In this document: positions 38,111-51,900 of the stretch, in pieces
Numbering within the stretch: the stretch's first letter is position 1
How the letters are laid out: each line of letters starts with the position of its first letter
DNA from: Sminthopsis crassicaudata
Taxonomy: Eukaryota
Direction: 5' to 3'
Assembly (NCBI RefSeq): GCF_048593235.1
Contig: NC_133618.1
Coordinates: 930,001-994,000 of the forward strand
DNA length: 64,000 nt
The notes under the pieces: generated by a model
What the model was told of the DNA's origin: nothing
Databases searched by the model: none
What the model saw: the letters and a program-made list of their open reading frames with translations, nothing else
Made by a program: the position numbers and the translations under genes

Positions 38111-39675
38111 ATGGCTCATTTGCACACAGTTGTTCACGTATTGTCTCCTCCATCACTCTGTGAGCCTCCGAGACTGGAACTACCTTTGCCTTTCTTAGCA
38201 AAGTTCCCAACAGCAGACATTCATCACGTGCTTATTGGTTGCCTGACATATATTTTTCAAAACCTAGGTAACTGAAGTTGAGTTGATCTTTTGGATTGTT
38301 TTTATATCAAAATGTTCAAGTTTGTTGATATTTGTAAAGAGCATAATTTTTTAAAATGAACATTTAAGGAAGAAAATTAGTTTGAGACTCTATCGACTAG
38401 CTCTGTGACCCTGAGCAAGTCACTTAATCTCAATTGCCTTAATGACCAAAACAAAAAAAGAAGAAAAAGAAGACTGCAAGACTTATATACTACCGACTAT
38501 TAAGACATTTACTAGATCCTCACAGAAACCGGGAGGGAGGCGCTCTTATGCTCCCCATTTGACAAGCACACAAACAAGCATGTTGAGGTGCACAGAAGTG
38601 AAGTAACGTGTCCAGGATCCCCCAGCTTGGAAGTTTCTGAGGCAGGATTTGAATTCAGTTCTCCCTGACTCCAGGCCCAGAGGCCGGTGCCATGTGTGAC
38701 CACCCAGCTGCCTGGATGAGGTAGTTAAGGCTTTACTTTGTGCTAGGTCCCAATACCTCAAGAAGCTTCTCTCCCTTTGAGGGGGACGGTTTCAGGTGGG
38801 GGGCGGCTTCCCCAGCCATGGCGGGGGGGGGGGGGGAATGTGCCCTGAAGTAGCCCAGGAAGACCGGGGAGAATCACCCAGGCAGGCAGGCGGCTTGTAT
38901 TGAGTTCCTACTGTAGACCAGGGCTGTGTGAAGTCACGAAGGAATCAGGGCCTCGGAGGCGGGGAGGGTGTTCGGAGACCCGAGGGGCCCCTGCCCCGGC
39001 CCCCCTCGGAGGAGAGTGGCAGTTTCCAGGCTCTGAAAGGGATGTTTTCTGGGGCTCCTGTGGGCTCAGTCCGCCTATGGATCGGGAAGGGGTCGCTCAT
39101 CCTGTGGCTACTAGGAAAGTCCTCCCTGGGTCCGAAGCATTTCCCCTCTTCCTTTGGCTGCGATAACAGGACCCTCAACATTTCAGGGCACGGCTGCTTG
39201 AGGGCAGGGGGACCCCGGAGAGGGACCAGGGTGCTTCTCTCACCCTAGTAAGTCACACCCAAGCGACCTGGCCCTTCTCAGTTTCTAGGGTCCGTGAATG
39301 ATCATCAGCAGGCCATGCCCGCCCGCCGCCCGCAGTGACCGAGGGGAGGGCTTGCCGAGATAGCCGCGCGCTCAGGGATCCAGGCGGGCTTCCGTGTCAA
39401 CAGAGAGATTACCTGGGAGTTGTGAAGACGCTTTGGAGCCAGAACAGCCGGCGCCCTCAAAGGTAATCGGGATCGTGGAACGAGCGGCACGAGAGCCTAG
39501 ACGGTGTTCTCAGAATGAGGCGCCCGAGGTCAGCAGGGGCTGCGAGAGGCCTGGGGGGGCAGGGGCTTGGCAGGAGTCGGGGATCCCACCCGGAGAGGGC
39601 GCCGGGGGGCAGGCCTCTCCCCACGGGCCCTCTGCCACGGTCTCATGTGATTCCAGGTGCCTTCCGGCAGGGAAG

Positions 39676-42600
39676 ATGGACTTGGGCAAGAGCAAGCTCC
39701 TGCGCACCGGCCTCAACGCCCTGTACCAGGCGATCCATCCCGTCCATGGCATCGCCTGGACTGACGGCAAGCAGGTCATCCTGATGACCATGCAGCTGCA
39801 GAACCAGGAGCCCAAGTTCGGGAACTCGCGCATCATCGGGCAGTTCGAGCACGTGCACGGGCTGACCTGGAGCCCCCCGGGCGGCAGCAGCAGCCCCACG
39901 CTGCTGGCGGTGCAGCACAAGAAGCACGTGACCGTGTGGCAGCTGTGCGCCAGCCCCTCAGAGCGGAGCAAGCTGCTGGTGTCGCAGACGTGCGAGATCG
40001 GGGAGCCCTTTCCCGTGCTGCCGCAGGGCTGCGTCTGGCACCCCCACAAGGCCATCCTGACCGTGCTCACCAGCCGCGACGTCTCCGTGCTGCACTCGGT
40101 GCACTGCGACAACTCGCGGGTGAAGGCCGACCTGGTCAAGGTGCACGGCTTCGTGCACTGCGCCTGCTGGACCCGGGACGGCCAGCGGCTGGTGGTGGCC
40201 GTGGGCAGCTCGCTGCACTCCTTCACCTGGGACGAGGCCCAGAAGGCCCTGCACCTGTGCTCGTCCTGCCCCGTGTTTGAGGTGGGCAGTCCCATCTGCT
40301 CCGTGCTGGCCACTGTGGATATGCAGATCGCTGTGGCCACCGAGCTCCCACTGGACAAGATCTGCAGCCTGGGCTCCATGGAGGCCCTGGAGATCTCCCC
40401 CTCATCCCGGGCGGGCAGCACGCAGCCGCCCTTCGTGGACCCCCGGAAGACCTCCGGCAGCTCGGAGCCCTCCTCCTCCTCCTCCGCATCCGTCTCGTCT
40501 TCGTCCTTGGACTCCCTGGTGCTCTCTCAGATTCTGCCCAGGAGCTCCCGGTCGGAGTCCAACTCGCTCTTCAACATCCGAGACAAGGACTGCTTGTCTG
40601 CCATGGATCAGGACTCCTCCCATCTGGTCCTGGTGACCTTTGACAGGATGGTCACCGCCACCCGCAAGGTGGGCATCCCCGGCATCCTGGTGCCGGACAT
40701 GCTGGCCTTTGACCCCCGGTCGCAGGTGGTCGCCGTGGCCTCCAACATGTGCCACATCATCCTGATCTACGCGCTGGGCTCCTCGCTGGCTCCCAGCGTC
40801 CAGTGCATCCGGTTGGATTCCTGCGAGAGGCCCAAGGGCATCTGCTTCTTGTCCGACAAGCGCCTCCTGATCCTGGTGGGGAAGCAGAAGTTCACGGACC
40901 CCACCTTCCTGCCCTCCTCCAAATCCGACCGCTACACCATCCGCCTGCTCATCAGGGAGATCAGCTTCGAGGACGAGCCCTCCTGGAGGTCCGTCTGGAG
41001 CCAGCAGGACTTCTGCAACGTCAACGTGACGCTGGGCATGGCCACCAAGAAGAAGCTGGGGGAGAACCACTACCCCATCTTCTACCCCCCGAGGAAGGAG
41101 CTCCTCCTCCCCGGGAGCCTCACCATCCACTCTCGGACTAGCGGCAAGACCCTGATCGAGGAGATCTCGGAGCCTTCCCAGAGCTCCAGGTTCAACTCGC
41201 CGCCGCCCCCCGCCGCCGCCCCTGCAGAAAGGGTGGAGCCCGGCTCCGGCCCCCAGCCCTCGACCCTCCCCAGCCCCCACGCCAGGCCAAACTCCCCGAA
41301 GAACCACTGCCGCCTGATACACGAGCCCCTGAACCTTCCCCAGGGCCAAGCCGCCACCAACGAGAAGGAGGAAAGCCGGCTGTGCGGGACGCTGGACAGG
41401 CTGTCCGGGAACTTCACGGACCTCCAGCAGCGCCTCTCCGAGCTCCTCGACCTCCTGCGCAACCAGAGGCAGTCGCCGACCCCCACCAGTTACCCGCACT
41501 CTCAAGACCCAGCTTTTCTTCTCATCACCTACCAGGTAACTGGGGGTGGGGGCTTCCTCTGTCCCCCACCCCCTAGGCGAGTGGAGTCCTGGGTGTGCCG
41601 GGGGGAGGGGAGAGGCTTCCTCTGTTCCCCACCCCCTAGGCGAGTGGAGTCCTGGGTGTGTGGGGCTGGGGGGGGGCTCTCCCGATTTCTGCATTGGCGT
41701 CTGCTTCAGTGACGGGCGGGGAATCGTCGCTCCTGCCCTCGCTCACAGTCGGGGAGCCGAGGGGACCCTTCCTTTAGGATGAGCGTTTCTTTAATCGTTG
41801 GCAGGACGCAGAAAGGCAGAGTGCGCTGGGAAGCCATTTTGAACTTTGAGGTCTGTGGTTTCTTTGGGTTTTCAGCTCCCGTGTCCGTAACCCGGGAGGT
41901 CCCCGTCCCGTCCCCCTGAAGCTAGCGGGTGAGGAGTCCTAAACTTGTCCAGCATTTGTCGGCCAGGAGTCGGGCAGAGCTGGAGGAGGGGCTTCTCGCC
42001 CTTCCCGCTAGTTCACTCCTCGGACGGGGAGTCCCTCCATTGATGCAGATCGCAACATAGCCCCCTAATATAATGCCGTAAGGGTTGCAGAGCACTTTGT
42101 GGAGGGGATTTCATGTGCGCCTCATTCTTCGCTGTTAGAGATGATTTTAGACAGAAATATTAAATATGGCGCCTTTTTTTTTTTTTTTTTTTTTTTTTAA
42201 ATAAAAGAGGCTGTTTCCATTAGGCCGACGTGAGGAACCTTAGGTTAACAATTCATTCTCTTTACATGGCCTTGTTTATCCAATTGCAAGAGAGATAGGA
42301 ACCCTCTTGCAAGGAAGAAGCTATTTCTGATCAAAGCGGAAGTGTTCCTTTTCACATCCTTATAACAGGCAGGGCCAGCGGCCCCCCAGGCTGCCCCTCT
42401 GCTGGGTTAGCCTCTTCTGGGACAACAGGGCGTTCCGTCAGGATGGCCCCTAGCTTGAATCCTAGAACCTAACACGGCAGGGGGAAGGGCTGGGGAAGGG
42501 GAGAAGTGGATCCCTAAGAACAGTCATGGGGAGGGGGCAAGCGGGGGCTGGGCAGGAGCTAGGGATGCAGCAGAAGCAGTGATCTGAGGAGAGGAAGATG

Positions 42601-44289
42601 GGACACGGCATGCTGTGACCAGGACAGGAAAACATCCAAGTCAGTTCTGTTAAAACTTTCTTTGGGAGAAATGGGGAGTTTCCAGGAAAAAAATATTCAT
42701 TTCGTGTGTGACAAAATACGGCTTAAATGTTTAAAAGCTAATTTAAAAAATCCTCATCTTTTACCTTAATCGCCTCGTCTTCTTGTCTTTCCCCCGTTCT
42801 GGTTCCTGAAGTCCGTTCCCCGGCAGAGGCTGAAGTTTGAAGCTCTCTGAGGTTGCTTGAGGGGGCTCGGCTCAGGGTTCGGGGGACCCACAGCGGCCTT
42901 ATTGCCGGGTAACAGATTCTGTCCTTGGGCTTGAAGAAGCCCTCCTCCGCAGGCCCCGTAGTGGACAAGAGAGCGGTCCTTCTCTGCGATGGCAAGTTGC
43001 GCCTGCAGATGGTCCAGCAGATGTTCGGCCTCACTCTAGTGGAGATGCAGCATGGTGAGTCGGTCTGGGGCTGGGGAGCCCAGCAAGCATTAAGCACCTG
43101 CTGTGTGCCCAGCGCTGTCGGATAGGGGATCAAAGGACAGAGCAGTTGGGGGGAAGGGGCTGCTTGCCTCCCTCCATGGGCTTAGCTACACCTACATTCA
43201 GGCCTCCAGGGGAAGGGGCGTTTGAGGGGTGACAGGGAGCCTTCGTGTAGAAGGTGGAGCCTGGACTCGGAAGGACTGAGGAGCGAAAGAGCCCTGGAAC
43301 ACACTGAAGGAGGCCAGGGACGTTCAGCGGAGAAGTTTGTACCTGAGCTCTCAGAAATGTTGAGACAATAGGGAGCCATGCTGGATGTGACGGCCTAGAG
43401 GGTGACGAGGTCTGGTCGGTGAAGGAAAGCTTGCAATAGGGAGAGACCAGGGCCCAGCCCAGGTTGTGGTCATGAGGGTCTGAACGAGAGGAGGGGCTAC
43501 GTGAGTGGAGAGAAGGGTTCAGGTGTTGTGGAGGGAGATGTGGCGAGAGGAGGGACAATGCTGGAGTTCAGGACTTGAAAGCCCGAAGGAAGGGTGGGGC
43601 CTTGCCAGAAAGATGCATGTTTGCACCTTGGAAGCCGATCAGGAATTAATTGGAGATGAAATAGCCTTATCTTAAAGAATAGTCTTAGAACGAGTAATAA
43701 TTCCACTGAAGAGAATGGCGCTAATGAGACAAGGAGCAAAGGCAGTAATCTCAGGGAAAATGATATCTGAATGCTTCCATCAATAAAATAGAGAAAGATA
43801 AGGACAATGAACTGGGTATACAATTAAAAAAAATTGGAAATCCTAAAAATTAAAGCTGAAATTAACCAAATTAAATGTAAGAAAACCTTTGAATATACAA
43901 ATAATACTGAAGGCTTTATGAAAAAAAAAAACCCAGTAAAATAGAAAAACCGCTTTGTTAATTGATTAAAAGAAGAAAATCAAATCACTCGCATTAAAAA
44001 TGAATACATCATTAATGAAGATGAAATCAAAGCAATTATAAGAGTTATTTTACCCAATTACATGCCAGTAAATACAATGATTTAAATAAAAAGGAAGAAT
44101 ACTTACAAGACTATATAAACTTCCTAAATTAGCATCAGAAGAAATAGAATATCAAAATAAATCTATTTTAGAAAAAGAAATTGAATAGGCAATAATGAGA
44201 AGAAAAAAAAAACATTAGGACCAGATAGATTTTGAATTTTACTATTCTACTATTCATTTAAAGATCAATTTGTTATCTCTATATATGCA

Positions 44290-44327
<38 letters not shown>

Positions 44328-47300
44328 AAACTTATTTAAGATTAATCTGAAATAAGTTATAAGTTGTCACTAACAAAACCCTGCAAGAAGACAAACTAAG
44401 ATGTACCCCATTTAAAATAATAGTAGGCAGCATAAATTGCCAGAAAATATATCTGCCTAGACAAATCCCGTAACTACATGAATATAATTATAAAACAAAT
44501 AAAATCAGATTTAAATAATGAAAAAAAGTATCAATTATTCATGATAGGAAGAGCCAATATAATAAAAATGATCATTTTGCCTCAACTACTCTGTTTAATA
44601 CCATCCCAATTAAATTACCAAAAAGTATTTTATTGAGCTAGAGAAAAATGAAACTAATTTAAAACAAAAAGTCAAGAATATCAAATACTAATGAAAAAAA
44701 ATGTAAAGGAAGGAGGCTTAACCTTATCAGATTTTAAACTATAAGGCAGTAATTACAAAAACTCTCTGGTATTGGTCATGTACCAGAAAGGTGAATCATT
44801 GGAACAAAGTAAATGTACAGTGCTCAGTAAATAATTAGTAACTTTGGGTTTGACCAATGTAAAGATTTAAGCTTTGGGGATAAGAATTCACTGTATGATG
44901 AGAAGCAAAATTTGTTGGACAAGCTTTGGAAGGCACTGTCTGGAAGAAATTGGGTACAATCCAATATCTTATGGCATTTTCCAAGATAAAGGCAAAATGG
45001 ATACGTGACCTAAATATAAAGGGAGCTATCACAAGCAAAATAGAACATGATATTAGATAACTTAAAATTAGAGCGCAAATATGATTTAAAAGACTTACGA
45101 GTGAAAGAAGAATTTATGAATAAATTAGAGCATTGTGAAATATAAAATGGATAGTTTTGATTATATTTAGTTTAAAAAATTTGTAAAATAAAAGCAGTGT
45201 AGCCAGGATTAGAAGGAAAGCAGAAAATTTTGGGAGAAATTTTGTAGACATTTTCTCAGAAAAATGTCTCGTCTCAAATACATTGAGAATATGAGTCATT
45301 CCCCAATTGATGAATAGTCAAAGGGTATGATCGAGCAGTTTTTGGATAAAGAAATCAAAGCTATTTATAGTCACATAAAAATGCTTTATATTATTGATTA
45401 GAGAAATGCAGATTAAAACAACTCTGAAACACCATCTCTCCGATGGGCTAAAATCATAGAATGGAAAAAAATGACAAATGTTGGAAGAGTTTAAAAAAAC
45501 ACAGACGTTAGTTACACTGTTGGTGGAACCGTGAACTGATCCAACCATTTGGAGAGCAACCTGGAATCATGCCCAGAGAGTTATAAAACTGGCGATACCA
45601 ATATTAGGTCTGTTTCCTGAAATGTTCAGGGAAAGAGAGATCCTGTGTTCTGAAATGTTTATAGCAATTCTCTTTGTGGTGGCAAAGAACTGCAAGTCGG
45701 AGGCTGCCCATCAGCTGGGGATTGGCTGAACAAATTATGCTGTATGATTCTGTGCTAAAGAAAGGATGAGCTCGATGACCTTAGAAAAACACAGGTAGAC
45801 TTGTGTGAAATAGGAGTGAAATGAGCAAAGCCAAGAATACATTGTATACGTTAATGGCAACATTGTCCAAAGAATCCACCTCCAGAGAAAGACCTGATAG
45901 AGTCTGTTGCCTCTTGTGGTTTTACATGTAGTGATACATTTGTATCAAATGGTGGCCTTTCCTAGTCTGGAGCGGGGTGAGAGGGAGGGGGAAATGAATG
46001 TAACAGTTTTAAAAAGAAATAAGCAAGTCTGCAAGAGAGAAACATTTGTATGGGGCATGTTGCATTTGAATGGCCCTGTGGCTTCCCATCGGCATGTCCC
46101 TAGGCACTTGGTGATTGGGGATAGAAGCTCGGGGGAGAGAGATCTTGGGGTGTTACCTGTACAGAGATGACGATGAGGTCACGAGGAAGAAGAGACCGGA
46201 GGGCTCGGGACCTAACCCTGGGGGCCACCTGTGGTTAGGGTGTGAGCTAGAGAGGATCCACTCAAGGAGACAGAGGAGGAGTGGGCAGAGAGGGAGGAGG
46301 AGAGCCAGGAGAGAGTCCTAGAAACCCAGAAAAAAGGGTCTCTCGGAGGGGAGGGTGAGCAGCAGGATGAAAAGCTGCAGGGAGGTCCGGGAGAGTGAGG
46401 ATGGAGAGAGGCCTCTGGATCTGGACACTGAGACGACACTGGTCGCTTTGGAGAGGGCAGTTTTGGTGGAAGGATCAGGTTGGAAGCCAGATGGCTTCAG
46501 AGAGCAGGAGAGGAAGCGGAGACCCCGCAGGGAGCAGATGAGACACAACAGCCAGGAAAGGGGTTTGGGGGGATAGGGAGACCTGGACATTGTGGGTAAG
46601 TGGGAAGGAGCCAGCATAAGGAAGAATGAAGAGCAGTGAGGGGGGATGGTAGGGATGGTGGTGATCTGGAGGAGGCGGGATGGCAGGGATGGTGGTGATC
46701 TGCTGGGGGAAGTGGGATGGCTCATGTGAACCTCCCCGCTTCAGGCCCTTCTCCCTCGCACCCCAGACCTTCCAGCTGACAACACGGAGGCCTCGGGCTG
46801 ACCCTTGAGCCAAGGCTGCTCTGAAGCCCCTTCTCTCTTGACCATCTTTAGCCATGTTTAGCTCTCACTGAAACTCTGCCTCAGTTTCCATCCCGGAGCT
46901 TTTGTGAGCTTCAAAAGGGAGATGTGGACGCCAAAAGCATGAGCAGCGAAGGCGGGTCCCGGGGTCAGGAACACTTTCTTGCGTGCCCTGCGCTGGCTTG
47001 GTGCTGTTGGGCACCCAGCATGTGTGAAGGCGGGGTTCTCGAGAGGTGCTGGGCAAGGCTCTGGCCTGAGAAGGGGGATCAGAAGGGCAGAGTGTTCGAA
47101 AGCAAAACAGGCCGGAGACCTTTCCCCCGGCTGCAAGAGGCAGGAGCCGTGGACAGCCGGGGCCCTCCTGGGGCCTCTCGGGCCAAGGGCACGGGCTGCT
47201 CGGCAGGAGGAGGGCTGACCCCTCTCTCTTGGACTTCCAGGCTCCCTCTGGATCCTCCTTTCCGCCGACAGCGAAGGCTTCATCCCGTTAATCTTCTCGG

Positions 47301-47467
47301 CCTCCCAGGAGATCATCATCCGCGACGGCAGCGGCAGCGCCGGCGGGCAACGGCAGCAGCAGCGGGTAGCGCCAGTGCCAGCGCCAGCGCCCACGGCAGC
47401 GCCTGCGGGTTGGGTTCTCCCATGCAGTGAGGCGGCGTCCTTCTGCGGAGCGCACATTTGCACCTGA
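39676..47467 (+). CDS. WDCP: WD repeat and coiled-coil protein (C2orf44), join(39676..41535,42937..43054,47241..47467), 734 aa
   Basis: [31 protein letters not shown]...QGCVWHP...HCACWT...RPKGICFL; exon 3 [23 protein letters not shown]; exon 4 [14 protein letters not shown]...QEIIIRDG. Acceptor at 39655-39656 implies a non-coding exon 1. Exons total 1860+118+227 = 2205 nt. Confidence 0.93.
43590..46040 (+). mobile_element. Decayed LINE-1 ORF2 and 3' end in WDCP intron 3
   Basis: A-rich plus strand with L1 ORF2-like segments (AAAATAGAAAAACCGCTTTGTTAATTGATT, CCATCCCAATTAAATTACC, GTTGGTGGAACCGTGAACTGATCCAACCATT, ATGTTTATAGCAATTCTCTTTGTGGTGGCAAAGAAC). Confidence 0.85.
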
Positions 47468-48439
47468 GCGGTGCCCACCCCTCTGCGAGGCTATTCTGCG
47501 CCGTTGAGACGTCTGGCACTCTCAGGGACAGTTGGGTCTGAAAGGGGCCGCTGTGTCACTTTGCAGAGAGACAGGAAGAATACAGTCTGGTGACGCTGCC
47601 GCCACCGCCACCAAGGAGTCTCTCTCTTTCTGTGGCTGCCACGGGGGCTGAGGGCGTCCAGGCGCCAACGAGGCTTGAGCTACGAGCCGGGGGAGTCACG
47701 ACCCCTGCCTGCCCTCGGCTTCCTCACCTGTAAAATGGCCATCGCCACGGCCTCCCTGCCGGGGTGGTTGTGAGGACTGTAAAAGCTTATCCCAGTACCT
47801 GGTACGCAATAGGCCGGTTCTGTTCCTTCTAGCACGCCCCGCCCCAAATGCTCGGGCCTGGCTCCGCGAGGAGGGCGTCCGCGGGGACCCCGCCTGTGGA
47901 GAAGGACACCAGAGGAAGACCAGAGAGTGGGGGGGGAGCCAGGAGCAGGGCCCCGAGCTGAGTCTTGAGTGAGGGAACCTCCGGATGCTGAGAGGCAGAA
48001 GAAAAACGGGGAGTGTTCCAGGGAGGAGGGGATGGCCCGGGCAGAGGGAAGCCACAGATGCTGGCTGGAAAGGGAGGTAGAGAGGCAGCTGGGAGAAGCC
48101 TGGGGGCGGGGGGAGAGCTCATTTGCTCCTGGAGGTGATGGGCCCTGAGAAGGGGGGCAGGGTGGCTAGACTGGTGCTTCAGGAAGATCCCTGTGGTGGC
48201 TGGAGGGGGGAGAGATGGGGACAGGCTGTGCTCTCCCCCCCTGACTGCGGGGTCCAGGCTGGGGGGGAGCCTGCACCGGGCTGGAGTTGGGTCAGAGGAG
48301 AGAGGAAGAGGAGGCGCTGCCCCGAGATGTGGAGGAGGTGCAATGGCTGGGCCTGGGGGAGCTCCTGCTGCAGCCACATTGGTGCAAATCCCCTCTTCCT
48401 CCTCAGCCAGCTTGCTTTTGAGCAGCTGCTCTGATTTCT

Positions 48440-48960
48440 TATTTCTTCCATCTTTGGGAGGGCAGGAGGAGGAGGAAGGAGGGGAAAAAAGGAGGGATAA
48501 TGGAAGGAAAGCGAGAAGGAGCAGGGGAGAAGAGAGGAAGAAGAGAGGAAGGAAGGAGGAAGGAAAGATGGAAGGAAGGAAGGAGGATAGAAAGGAGGAA
48601 AGAGGGAGAATAGAAGGAAAAAGGGAAGAAGGAGCAGGGGAGAATAGAGGAAGGAAGGAGGGGAGGATAGATAGAAGGAAGAAGGGATAGATGGAAAGAG
48701 GGAAGGAAGGGAGATAGGAGGAAGAAAATGAGAATAGAGGAAGGAGAGAGGCTAAAAGGAAGGAATGAAATGAGAGAAGACAGAAGGAATGAAAGGAGAA
48801 TAGAATGAAGAAAGGATAGAGGGAAGGAAGGAAAGGAGAATAGAAGAAAGGAGGAAAGGAGCAGAGAAGAGGAGGAGAGGAAAATAGAGGAAGAAAGAGT
48901 CTGGAAGGATGTAAAGGAGGAGAGAAGGGAGGAAGAAGGGGTAGAAAGGAGGGAAGAGGG
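48440..48960. repeat. Purine-rich (GA/AAGG-type) low-complexity tract, about 520 nt
   Basis: The plus strand is almost exclusively A and G. Confidence 0.9.
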
Positions 48961-51900
48961 GGCTTGCTCCAGCAGCTGCCAGGATTGCAGTGGGGGGCAT
49001 GGCTCCCCACCGGCTGCCACATCTCTGCTTCCTGCCGTCTCAGGGGCCTGGCCGTCTGTGCCCACGCACCCTCCCCTCCCCAGCGTGCCGCTCTCCTTGC
49101 GGCTCCTTTCTTCAGAGCCGGCCTGCCAGGCCTTGGCTTTGCTCCTGGCTGTTTCGAGAACTCTCCTGAAGGCCTGTGGGCCCCCGGCCTCAGGACCTCC
49201 CAGGCGCTGAAGGCTGGTTTCCCCGGGGACTCCCTTCTTGGATTTTGTTGCCCGTGAATTGTGGGTGTCTTGGCTGCTGTTTCTCCCCTTGGTGTCCACT
49301 TGGGTGGGTGCCCAGAAGGAGTCTTCTCTTCCTCTTTATCCTTTTTTAAAAATAGGATTGTCGGCCACCCGGCCATTGTCGCCCGTTTGCCAGCCAGTTC
49401 AGGCCCGCGGCCTGTCACTTTTGTATTTAAGCCCCCCTTCGGACACCACCTTTGTGGCCATTTGTCCGCCTCTCCAGGCCACTTTCCCCTTCGGGCTCCA
49501 GCCTGTGCTCCTGGAGCCTCCGTTTCTTGAGTGATAGTGCCCCCGGCAGCTTGGGCCTGCGGACGTCGGGAGGCCTCCGGGCTGACCAGAGTGGTGAAGC
49601 TCTTGTGGCTCCAGGCCTGGGAAGCCAGCCGAGCGCTTTCCTCTTGTTCCTTGGGCCCTCCTCTGTCATCCCTGGGCTCCCTCCCGAGTAGCCAGCTCAA
49701 GAAGAGGCTCAGGAAGGGCCTTGAAGCCATCTTCGAGCTCTAATGATGCAGGGGCCCCTTTCCCTCTTCCAGCCCTGCAACATTCTGGGGCTCTTCAGGG
49801 TTCTGAAGAAGGTGGCCGGGTTCCCTCCCCATTGTCTGTGATAGGACCTGTGGAGGACCCCGTAGGTCCCTGGGCCTCATACAGACCTCAGAGCCCAGCC
49901 GGCCTCTCATAGGAAGGAAGGGGTGCTAAGCTGTTGTCTGAGCTAATGGCAGACGGGCCTGGTGCCGGGGCTGAAGGGTTTAAGTCCTCTACGAGGACAT
50001 GCGCCTCTGGGCCAGGCACCGTCACCCCCTCCAGACTTTCCTGCCGACCCTTTGGTCTTCTCTGCCGCAGGCCTCGGACGCTAGGCCCTCTGACACACTC
50101 CTTCCAGATGAGGTAGGGTCTGGGGCCTTCCCTCCTCTTCCTGGGCTATTTCCACTTTTTGAATGAATCTAAATGTGAGAATTGGGGAACTGTGCTCGGG
50201 GATCCTTTCTGAGGCAGGCGGCCACCCTTGGCCATCTCCTCTTTGGGAAGACAAAGGAAGAGGGTATGAGCAGGAGAACAGAGCTCCGGGAGCCAAACCT
50301 TTTTGTTGACAAAAACATGGCTTTCCTTTTGGATTTTTCCTGTGCTTCAATCTGCTTGTTAAATTAAATTTTGATTCCTTTACTTTGAATTACAATGATG
50401 TCTGCTCTGACTGAGTATTCCACAAATGTTCTATTTTAAAAAATAGTTTTATGGTCCCTGCCCTAATGAGGGGGGGCTCTTTGCCTCTGAGTGACCTGCA
50501 TCTCACAAGTGTGGAAGGCCCACGGCAACCTGGGCTCTTATAAAAGAGTCTGAACTTGCAACTCTTTCCACGACCTGCCTTCTCCCTGCGCCCCAAGCCA
50601 GTGACAAAAGAGCATTGCCGAGCACAGAGGCAGTTAGTCCAAGTAAACATTAAATGCTTTTTGTTTTCCAGGGACTGCGCTAAGAGCTAGAGATAGGAAG
50701 GCAAAAGGCAGTCCCTGCTCTCAGGGAGCTTACAGTCTAATGGGGAAGACAACATGCAAACATAACCCAGCAAGGTACACGTAGGGACCGGGACACGAGA
50801 AGCAAGGCTCTGGATTGAAGGGGCTGGGGAAGGCTGCCTTCAGAGCAGGGCTGGGGATCCCTTTTTCTGCCAAAGGCCATTTAGATCTTTATGACATCAT
50901 ACAAAATTATCAGCACATGGAACTTAGGCAGTGGCAGATTGCTATATCTAGTTTTTGGCTCATCGTCGCTGGTAGTTGCTTTAGCAAATGATTTCAGGGG
51001 CTATATATGGCCCACGGGCTGGAAGTTCCTCACCCATGCTGTAGAAGGGGAGATTTTAGTGGAGACTTAAATAGAAGCCAGGGAGGTTATTACCTCCCAA
51101 TTGAGCGTGGGGGCTCAGTTTTCTGCTCTTCAGAATAAAGGGAGGGGGCTAGATGCCTTTTGAGAACCTTTCTAGCCTTAGGTCTGGGATACTAGGGGGC
51201 TAATTGGAGCCCACTTGTCAAGAATTTGAATGCTGGAAATTGGCTTCCTTATGGGACTTGCTTCTCACCACATAATCCCTATGGATTCAGGGACCTGAAG
51301 GATGTGCCCAGGCCACACCACCAACTTCCAACCTTCCCATTTTCAGGAAATGTCCCCGCCTCATGGTCATGGGGGATTCCCTCCCTGTTTTGAATATCTG
51401 AAAAGGTCCTTCCCCCCTCACCAGGAGACCTATAGCTCTTAGCGGGGTGAGTTACCACACCTGGCACAGCACTCGGGTCAGCGTGGCCCAACTCCCCTCA
51501 CCTGCTGCCATAGACCCAGTGGAGGACACCCCCAGGATTCCTACCAACAATCAAGGCCACGCTTTGTGGCCCTCCTGAACCACCCCATCTGGTCAAGGGA
51601 AGGAAGACGAGGCTGGGGGTGGGGCCCAGCAGAGCCACAATACCTAGGAAGATGGCTAAGGCCAGTTCTCTCTGCTGACCCACCCCCAGCACTGGCTTTC
51701 TGGCCCAGGAAAGATTGGAATGGGGGATCTAGGCTATACCCCTAATGGGAGCAATGAGGGAACGGGATCATGCTGCAAGCCCCATGGTTAGTTATACTCT
51801 CGAGAGTCCAAGAAGCAAATCCTGGAACTAAATACTCTATTATTAATGTCTCCCTCTCCTGCCTCCTGACTCTACTAGTGAGTCAGCCAGTCAGCGAGCA

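Noticed and set aside
39394-39675. 94-aa N-terminal extension of WDCP in the ORF track
   Set aside because: Begins at a non-ATG codon, and a good acceptor at 39655-39656 precedes the ATG that matches the orthologue start (MDLGK).
39510-41694. 303- and 430-aa ORFs antisense to WDCP exon 2
   Set aside because: The expected shadow of a high-GC3 coding exon.
47829-49730. 633-aa minus-strand ORF
   Set aside because: The central part is the pyrimidine strand of the GA tract (F/L/S/P only), which cannot contain stops; the flanks are unremarkable.
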